Positions 1-7,600 of a stretch of DNA of 64,000 nt are shown here, one piece after another (position 1 is the stretch's first letter; each line of letters starts with the position of its first letter). The translations under genes were made by a program, and so were the position numbers. Below the pieces are notes generated by a model that was not told the origin of the DNA, did no database searches, and was given only the letters and a program-made list of their open reading frames with translations. This DNA comes from a virus: IMG/VR virus record IMGVR_UViG_3300045988_176686. One strand, written 5' to 3'.

Positions 1-145
1 AGCGTTGCACATACGGCTTCCATCTATCCGTAAGGCAAAACTCACGAATAGACATTTGCTGGATGCACTCCCCCGTGTCATAATCTACAAATCGACCATA
101 AGCATCGGTGGCAGATTCATATATGGAGCATATTTCGTCAAACAT
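1..145 (-). CDS. hypothetical protein, N-terminal part only (gene continues past the left edge)
   Basis: The minus-strand ATG at 145 opens MFDEICSIYESATDAYGRFVDYDTGECIQQMSIREFCLTDRWKPYVQR with no stop before position 1. A TAAATTTG -7 box lies about 36 nt upstream. Confidence 0.4.
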   Translation of the reverse strand, partial: MFDEICSIYESATDAYGRFVDYDTGECIQQMSIREFCLTDRWKPYVQR

Positions 146-180
146 ACAGATATTTCAATTTTTGAATTTTATTTATGCTG

Positions 181-188
181 CAAATTTA
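181..188 (-). promoter_or_regulatory. Bacteroidota-type -7 promoter box (TAAATTTG on the minus strand)
   Basis: Plus strand reads CAAATTTA, an exact match to TAnnTTTG on the minus strand. It sits in a 17-nt block TGCAAATTTAATAATTA (179-195) that recurs at 42692-42708. Confidence 0.45.
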
Positions 189-365
189 ATAATTAAATAT
201 TGGTTGTACAAAGGTTGGCTTTGTTATTTTCCCTTTTTAGACAAAATACAGAACCTCAATCAATGTTCACCTTTATTTACTTATGCTTCCATAAGAATAC
301 ATAAATCATTATTCCACGCAAAGAATACTTCATAACCATTGGTTTTCACCCCTTACACATCAAAC

Positions 366-373
366 TACCTTTG
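366..373 (+). promoter_or_regulatory. Bacteroidota-type -7 promoter box (TACCTTTG)
   Basis: Exact TAnnTTTG match just upstream of the 388..924 ORF. The same octamer TACCTTTG precedes the genes starting at 2982, 12008, 56954 and 63441. Confidence 0.4.
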
Positions 374-387
374 CAACAAGTCCGATA

Positions 388-924
388 ATGGACGAAACAC
401 AAAAACAAAACACTATGCAAATTAAAACGCAAAATGGCGACTACGATGTTGCCAGCAAGGGACTTGGCAATACTGCGCTTGGTCTCGGCATCGCTGGATT
501 GGCTACCAGTCTGTTAGGCGGTGGTGCATTGCTCGGTGGTTTGGGTAATGGCAGACAAATGACTGCCAACCCTAATGACCCTGATGCAAGGTTTGTAACA
601 AAGAGTGAGACTAATCTTATTCAAGAGAACTCTACGCTCAAAACAGAACTTGCTATTCAGAAGAGTGAAAACTACACCGACAAGAAGTTGGTAGAAGTAA
701 CGCAGTATATCGACGGCAAGGTGAACCGCCTTGAAGATCGAGTAAACGCAAACAAAGATGCACAGCAAGCCATTAACGCACAGCAAATGGCTTACAATGC
801 AGCTGCCAATGCAAACATTGATGTGTTGAAGTCGCAGGTTGCTTCGCTTTCAAGCGTTACCAAACTCTTTATTCCTTCAACCAATGTTTGCCAAACTGGA
901 TGCGGTTGCGGTTGCAACGCATAA
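388..924 (+). CDS. hypothetical membrane-anchored coiled-coil protein with Cys-rich C-terminus
   Basis: 178-aa ORF with a Gly-rich hydrophobic segment (LGLGIAGLATSLLGGGALLGGLG), a Gln/Asn/Lys-rich heptad-like middle and the C-terminus CQTGCGCGCNA. Confidence 0.6.
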   Translation: MDETQKQNTMQIKTQNGDYDVASKGLGNTALGLGIAGLATSLLGGGALLGGLGNGRQMTANPNDPDARFVTKSETNLIQENSTLKTELAIQKSENYTDKKLVEVTQYIDGKVNRLEDRVNANKDAQQAINAQQMAYNAAANANIDVLKSQVASLSSVTKLFIPSTNVCQTGCGCGCNA

Positions 925-927
925 AGC

Positions 928-1359
928 ATGATGAGTATGGAATATTCCAATTCACAAATCTTGGCTGCGGTCGTGTCTGAATGGGCACGACCCGCCATTT
1001 CGCAAATTGCTGCCAGCAATGTAATGCGTCTGCCCATGCTCCAATCATTACAAGCATCTATTGGGGCTTTAGGATTGGTAAGTGGGGAATACAACCTGCA
1101 AAAGGATATTGAACCACTCATTCATCCAGTAGTCAATTCGCTCATCACCCCAATGCTTGCCCGATATTTCGGACAAATACCCGAAGAAAGCATACCGCAG
1201 ATGGCTCACGACATCATAGAAAAGGTGCGCTACAATGGTCCGCTATCGGTACTTGAAGGCATGATTACGTTTGACGAGGAAGATTTGGATGAACTTGCCG
1301 ATCTCTTGCAAAAGAACTTACCTGTAGAGAACGCAGAGCATTATCAAGTGAAGAGATAA
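928..1359 (+). CDS. hypothetical protein
   Basis: 143-aa ORF starting 4 nt after the preceding stop, on the same strand and in the same operon. Confidence 0.6.
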   Translation: MMSMEYSNSQILAAVVSEWARPAISQIAASNVMRLPMLQSLQASIGALGLVSGEYNLQKDIEPLIHPVVNSLITPMLARYFGQIPEESIPQMAHDIIEKVRYNGPLSVLEGMITFDEEDLDELADLLQKNLPVENAEHYQVKR

Positions 1360-1413
1360 GTTTATTAACCAAAGCGGCGGCTCGCTTCGTCGCTATACTA
1401 AAACAGAAATTAA

Positions 1414-1845
1414 ATGATGAACAAACGTACTTTTCCGGCTCACATTACAGCCACACTTGCAGTCGGCGCAACTGCCACTGCTCCGTATTATGACGTGAAC
1501 ATCACGCAGCAGCTATGTACTCCTGCTTGTGTGGACGAAACACCAGTGTTCTCGCCTACATTTACCGTAAAAAGTATTGCCAACGTAGGTACATCACAAT
1601 ATCTTGTTGTGCTCCATGTGGAGGGTGTAATCAACTATGTGCCTTGTAACTGCGGAACATGCTGCACACGCTCTCAGGTGATAAGTCAAGACTTTACCAT
1701 TCCTGTGTTTAGTGCTACAGCTATTGGAAGCATAACACCTTCTATCGGCACTGTGCAAAACGGCATTGCACGAATAGCATGCTGCTCTTGCAGCAAGACG
1801 TTCGTGTCGGATGTACCTCTTACCTTAACCATAACCGCAGCATAA
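1414..1845 (+). CDS. hypothetical Cys-rich beta-strand-like protein
   Basis: 143-aa ORF that is Thr/Val/Ile-rich with clustered cysteines (CNCGTCCTRS, ACCSCSK). Confidence 0.6.
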   Translation: MMNKRTFPAHITATLAVGATATAPYYDVNITQQLCTPACVDETPVFSPTFTVKSIANVGTSQYLVVLHVEGVINYVPCNCGTCCTRSQVISQDFTIPVFSATAIGSITPSIGTVQNGIARIACCSCSKTFVSDVPLTLTITAA

Positions 1846-1846
1846 C

Positions 1847-2137
1847 ATGGCAATACTATTGACAAGTTTTATTGTCATGGTATCGGTCAGTCTCATTCAC
1901 CACCTCGGCTTGGCTCACGCCATTTCAGAGGTGGTGGATAAGGTGCTTTCGTGCAGCCAATGCCTCACGTTTTGGAGTGTGCTTGCAGGACTTGTATATA
2001 TAGGTACCGATATTATTACTGCTATGTTCTTCGCCATCACAATGGCGTATTTGTCTAATTGGTTGGGATTATTACTGTTATATCTCCAACGACAATTCAA
2101 CATATTATATGGAAGAGAAAAAGACAAAGAAGAATGA
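1847..2137 (+). CDS. small multi-pass membrane protein (holin-like by size and topology only)
   Basis: 96-aa ORF starting 2 nt after the previous stop. It has three hydrophobic stretches and a charged C-terminus (GREKDKEE). Confidence 0.55.
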   Translation: MAILLTSFIVMVSVSLIHHLGLAHAISEVVDKVLSCSQCLTFWSVLAGLVYIGTDIITAMFFAITMAYLSNWLGLLLLYLQRQFNILYGREKDKEE

Positions 2138-2251
2138 AAAAAAGTTTGCGGAAGTTTCTGCCACCTTTCAGCGACCTATCACATTCACTACCTTAGTGCC
2201 AGCAATACCTAAATTCAAAGGGTCTTGCCCTAACTGCTAAAAAGAAAAGGA

Positions 2252-2749
2252 ATGAAATATATTCAACTAATAGAACTGGCTCGCGCCACAGGCGTAGCTA
2301 ATGAGAAAAAAATGTGGGATGCCATTCAACAAATGTCGTGCGACCTTACAGCCATCGAAGCTGAACATCCTGAAATGTATTGGCGTATCATGCGACACCA
2401 ACATGCCATACTGTATGACCGTCATTATAGCGAGAAGTTTGCCAACCACGACGTGAACCGCCTGGAATATGGCGAATTAGACGAAGAAGGTATGCCTACT
2501 AAATGTGGACCGCATTGGACTCGCTCACAAGTGATTGAAGCCACGGAAGGCATGAAATTCCCCCCAAAGGTAAACGATTGGGATAAATACGTAGCCTTCA
2601 ACTCTATGTATGCCGACCTTTGCGCAGATATGAATGAAGAAGAAATCATCAAGGCTGCATACCTTTTCTACTTTTGTGATGCTGATTGGCAACACGATAA
2701 CGACTGCACCAAAATATGGGATTACACGACCATGCACGCTACCATGTAA
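2252..2749 (+). CDS. hypothetical protein
   Basis: 165-aa ORF. The overlapping ORFs on the other strand are shorter and have low-complexity composition. Confidence 0.6.
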   Translation: MKYIQLIELARATGVANEKKMWDAIQQMSCDLTAIEAEHPEMYWRIMRHQHAILYDRHYSEKFANHDVNRLEYGELDEEGMPTKCGPHWTRSQVIEATEGMKFPPKVNDWDKYVAFNSMYADLCADMNEEEIIKAAYLFYFCDADWQHDNDCTKIWDYTTMHATM

Positions 2750-2942
2750 AAAGCTTCGGTCTTGTTTATACGTTCCCATATATCTCACAACTGAAAAAAT
2801 CTACCCTAAAACAGGGCTATTAAAGTCCCCTCGCGCCAACAATTATGCCGCAAAGGGACTTTCATTGCGTCCTCATTTACACGTCTTATCCTTCTATTAG
2901 AAAATCTTTTTACAAATGTTATTATCATAAGCAAATGTTACG

Positions 2943-2950
2943 TACCTTTG
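2943..2950 (+). promoter_or_regulatory. Bacteroidota-type -7 promoter box (TACCTTTG) for the LysR gene
   Basis: Exact TAnnTTTG match 31 nt upstream of the ATG at 2982. Confidence 0.45.
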
Positions 2951-2981
2951 CTATTAGGAACACATTAAATACTCTACTGCT

Positions 2982-3887
2982 ATGGAATTACGACATCTAC
3001 GTTCCTTTGTTTACGTTGCTGAAACACTCTCGTTTTCTATTGCCGCTACAAAGTGCTGTGTCACCCAGTCTGCTATCAGCCAGCACATCAAAACTCTTGA
3101 AGATGAGTTAGGCTGCAAGTTGCTTGTTCGTACTTCTCACGACATCACGCTAACTGAATATGGAGAAGCCCTTTTGCCTCGAGCAAAAGATATTCTCAAA
3201 CAGACTGCCGACTGCAAAGAGCATATCTACGCACTCAACAACTGCATGACGGGTGAACTGCGCATTGGTGTCGGCTCATTCATTGCGCCATATATCCGTG
3301 TGGCTGCCATGATATTCATGGAGCGTTACCCGAATGTGCGACTGAATGCTGAACTCACCAAAGCCACCAGTTTAAATCATTTGTTGCGCAATCACGAAAT
3401 TGACATTGCTTTCACCATGAACACGGCATACACGCATGAGGGAATTGAGTCGCAACCTTGCATTCCCTTCCACATTTATGCGATTATGCGCAACACGCAT
3501 CCCTTAACTCGTCTACCTAAAGTTTCTTACGATGATATGCTACGCCATAGCGTGATTATGCCAGCCGTAGGTGAACGTGTTTTCAATACTTTTCAGCAAT
3601 ACATTCAACACGACCTAACTAAGCTGAACATCAAGTGCATTGTGAGTGATCCAGATGAAGACCTTGCTATCGTGGAAGAAACACAAAACATCACTTTCAT
3701 GCCTAAACTTTACCTGCGGAACCACCCTACCCTTGTGGCAAGACCTATCATAGGATTAGAGCAAGAGATAATGAGTAATACGCACTGGATGCGCGATGTG
3801 CCACTCAAACGCTCCGCACAGATATTTCTCGACATTATCCGTCAAGAGGCTATTCCTTACATCAACGAACTGGAAAAAACCTACTAA
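2982..3887 (+). CDS. LysR-family transcriptional regulator
   Basis: The N-terminus MELRHLRSFVYVAETLSFSIAATKCCVTQSAISQHIKTLEDELGCKLLVRTSH is the LysR winged-HTH signature. The 301-aa length fits an HTH plus a co-inducer-binding domain. The gene has its own promoter and terminator. Confidence 0.9.
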   Translation: MELRHLRSFVYVAETLSFSIAATKCCVTQSAISQHIKTLEDELGCKLLVRTSHDITLTEYGEALLPRAKDILKQTADCKEHIYALNNCMTGELRIGVGSFIAPYIRVAAMIFMERYPNVRLNAELTKATSLNHLLRNHEIDIAFTMNTAYTHEGIESQPCIPFHIYAIMRNTHPLTRLPKVSYDDMLRHSVIMPAVGERVFNTFQQYIQHDLTKLNIKCIVSDPDEDLAIVEETQNITFMPKLYLRNHPTLVARPIIGLEQEIMSNTHWMRDVPLKRSAQIFLDIIRQEAIPYINELEKTY

Positions 3888-3900
3888 AACACCTATTCAA

Positions 3901-3934
3901 CGGCAAAGTTCACTTTTTGGACTTTGCCGTTTTT
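3901..3934 (+). terminator. rho-independent terminator after the LysR gene
   Basis: CGGCAAAGT (3901-3909) pairs with ACTTTGCCG (3921-3929) as a 9-bp stem, followed by TTTTT. Confidence 0.7.
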
Positions 3935-4537
3935 CGTGAACATTTTTACCCTCAAAAGTCCAAAAATGGTTTTGACCTAATTCTTAATTTTCCTTTCATT
4001 GTTCAAAACGGCTTTCAAAAGAACATTCACAGACCCCCATTTGACTACTATTTGACTAAACCAAAAGAGGCTTTTTCTTCTTGATTTCTAAATACTTACC
4101 TTTATAAAGTTCAAAAAAATTATTATTTTCTTGGAATACACGAGCGTAAAGACAACAAAAAGATAAAAGAATATATATAAATCCACACCAAAATAATACC
4201 GTTTGGCAAATGTTTGCTTTATACCGCTACCCATTTTTGCATTGAATATCAAGTGTTTACAACATAGCCGTGAATGCTACTCACTTATAGTTTGGGGTTA
4301 GGGGATTTTGTTTTTGGAGAAAAAAGAAAATGGTTGGAATTTTATATATATAGTAGCGGAATTGGGTGGATTTTTGAACTTTTGGGAGTTGAGTTGGTAA
4401 AAAAGTTTATGAATATCAATGAATTAGATGAAAAGTCCATTTTGAACTTTTGGTTGGGCGGAGTGGTCAAGCAAGAAAAAGACCGCCACGTAATCATAAC
4501 GGAGCGGTCCTTACTTTTTACTAAATGATTGGGACTA

Positions 4538-4575
4538 TTAAAATGTGAAGTGAGTTGTTGTTTGTGTGCTTCACA
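4538..4575 (-). terminator. putative terminator after the tape-measure gene
   Basis: The minus strand reads TGTGAAG-18 nt loop-CTTCACA followed by TTTTAAT, about 30 nt downstream of the stop at 4607. Confidence 0.45.
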
Positions 4576-4606
4576 ATTCCTGTAATGCCTTTAGGTATGC
4601 TTGGCT

Positions 4607-7600
4607 TTATGATTTACCTTTCATGAATTGATTGGCTTTCGACATGCTATCGTAGAGATTACCTCTACCGTACATATCTATCTTAGCATGGATAGGTTGG
4701 TCAAGACGCTGCATAAGCGTGTTTATAGCGGTTATGAGCGCGGTATTCGCTGCGCGACTATCAGCTATCAACCCGTCAGTTGCTGACGCACCTGACGAAA
4801 GATTACCTAATGCTTCGGCAAGGTTGCCTTCGTCGAATGCACGACGGGCCGCGTTGCGTCCCGAATAGTTTGCATCGTAATTGACGAGCGCCTTTAACAA
4901 AGATGGATTGTTCATCATCATCGCCTTAGTGGTTTCGCGACCAATCACTAACTCAGGACCATTCTCGGCAACCAGGGCACGCTGTCCGTTTATGGTGGTT
5001 GCAGTGGGCGTGGTGAGAAGGTTGACACCACTCTTCGGCTTATATTGTTCCTTTGCCCAATAGATTTCACCATTGTCGCCCACAAAAGGCTTCATGTCTT
5101 GCACATTACCACTGTCGTAGGTAAGCATACCCGAAACAAGTTTTGTGTTTTTACTGGAAGAGTTATTACTCTTGTTCTTGCCTCCACCAAAAGCTGCATT
5201 TAAACCCCACTGCATTAACCCTGTAAGGAGAGCCATCACTGCGGCAGCGGCAATAGGACCCGCAATAGGACCAAGGAACTCAAAACACTTACCAACTGCA
5301 CCGACAATAGAGAAAGTATTTTCAGCTTGTGCCGTATTCTTACTTTGCTCTACCACTTGCTGATCATTGTTTTTCTTTAGTTGAAAGTTGGTATTCAATG
5401 CTGTATCAACAATCGCATTGGTAGTATTTTGCTTTAGCTCTTCCGTTTTAACCTGTGCCTTGCTTTCTTCCTCAGTAGACTTGGTAATTTCCTTGTTGCC
5501 TTTTTTATTTATCGTCTCACGTTCTTTGACGCCTTGCTTGGTTTCTTTCGTGAGTTCCTTTTGGTGTTTCTTGGCTTCTCTCTGTTGTTTCCGTTGTTCA
5601 CGTTTCTCGCGTCGTGATTGCTTACTGCCAAAGTCGGTATTCATGATAGCACCTATGACACTGCCAGCCATGCCCGCAGCAGCCTCGCCAAAAGAATATT
5701 GTCCTGTGGCTACACTCGCCGCGGCTTCACCAGTTTGCGATGCCACGTTTGTGGTGGTAGGCAAAACTGCTGTGGTGGGAGATGCTGGTGCGTTACCCGT
5801 TTTTCCAGACGGGCTATGCTCGGTTGACACAGGCTTTACATTCTTATGATCTTCGCTTTCAGCATAAGGAACTCCCGTCGGATTGCCATTCTTATCCTCC
5901 AAGCCCAAATTACCAAGAGGCATTACATCAATGATTGCATGAATAGGATTCGCCGCTGTCCCCAAGTCTGACGGAATATTCAGTTCTCCATTCGATGCAG
6001 CCTTTGCCGAAGCCATGCGTGCTGCCTTTATGTCAGGCTTCGCTTTATCATTTGCATTCTTTACCCCCGCATTATTAATGGCTTGCCACATCTGTTTGTT
6101 TACATCATCCAGAGCCATTTTACTCCACGATTCAAGCATCGATTTGAGCGCACTCTTAATAGCCTCATTTGCGCTTTTTGCATCGTCTTTCATTGTTGCC
6201 AATGCTTGACCTACTGCTGCACCAAAATCCTCAATAGGCTGCACAAAACTCTTCATTTGCGAGAGGCGTTCCTTCATTGAAGCCGCCACTTGATTCACGT
6301 AAGCAAGTTCAGCTTCGTAACGAGCACGCTCGGCTTCTTCTCGAAGTTTTTGATTATTCGTGTTTTGTTTTACAAAGGCGTAATAATCTTCTGCGGCTTG
6401 CATACGCGCTTTCATTAAGGCAATTTCGGGGTCGTTCTTAATATCCGTCAATCCTAAGTTAGACCCGAAAGTAGATTGCTTGCCGTACATTTTCTGTTGC
6501 ATTTCAATCAACTTAATACAGTCTTGCACTTCCTTGTTACGTGCCTTCTTGCTCCAATCGAAATCTATAATCTTCTTTGCTTTGTCGTATTGTTGCTTTT
6601 CGGCTTCCGTATAACTCTCTGTGTACTTAATCAATTCGTAATAAAGAGCCTTTAGCTTTTGTACATTTAAAGCAGAAAAATCAAAACCTTCATTTGCTAC
6701 CGAAAGATACTCTAAAAAATCTGACTTAAACGTATCACTCGCAGGATTAAGTTTGTAAAGTTCGGTTACAGAGGCTCTTGCCTTTGTTGTTAGAGCGTCA
6801 AACGACTCACTCATTTGTTGTAATCCCGATGAAGAATCCGCACGCAAGCCTTTGGCAGGTTGTAAAAATCCAAGCTTATCAAAGTTACTACGTGTGTCAC
6901 GATTTACTGCTCCGGTATAGTCATTCTCATTCAGTATCTTCTGAATTTCGCGTTGCTGTGCAAGTAATTTTTCGGCAGCTTCACGCAATTCTTTTGAACC
7001 ATTTGCAAATATTTGGTCGAGCAATGCTCCCAAATTTTCAGAAAGCGTTTGATGATTTTCCTTTGACAAATCGCCCGACAATTTCTCAAATAAGTCATGC
7101 AGCTCTTTAATATTCGAACCTTTCATGGCTTCTATTAAATCCTTAGAAGTCTCATCGGTCTTCACCATCATGTCCTTTATAGGCATTTCTTGTAGGAATT
7201 TCTCCCACTCATCACTATTCTTCGCAATAGACTGTTTGGCTTTACCCAGGGCAGTACTCATTCGAGTGTCGATATAGTCAAGCATCTGTTGCTGCTGACC
7301 ATCGCTCACCTTCTCACCATCTGCATTCATGGTTGTTACCCATTCCAAGTACTTACGCTTTTGTTCTTCGTAGAATGCCTTAATATTCGAGACAAGTGCA
7401 TTTGCGCGAGCTTTGGCTGATTGCTCTTGTTCCCTCAGCTTATCATCCTTTTTATTATGTTTCTTCTTATGATCAGGAACTAACGTCTCATCACCATCAC
7501 TAAGCGAATTTACGTAATCAGTAATTTCACCTTGCACTGGAGCATATTTATTGATAATTTGTCTATCAGTATGACGAGCCGAACGTGCTTGCATGATATA

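Noticed and set aside
2750-2942. AAAGTCCC...GGGACTTT 8-bp inverted repeat upstream of the LysR gene as a terminator or LysR box
   Set aside because: The 25-nt loop and the lack of a T-run make it a poor terminator. It does not fit the T-N11-A LysR box pattern convincingly, so it is left unannotated.
4274-4528. 84-aa plus-strand ORF in the AT-rich gap after the LysR gene
   Set aside because: It has a non-ATG start and low-complexity Gly/Leu/Phe/Lys composition driven by AT-rich repeats. It overlaps the TTTTGAACTTTTGG motif copies and has no promoter-like box. It is more likely non-coding.
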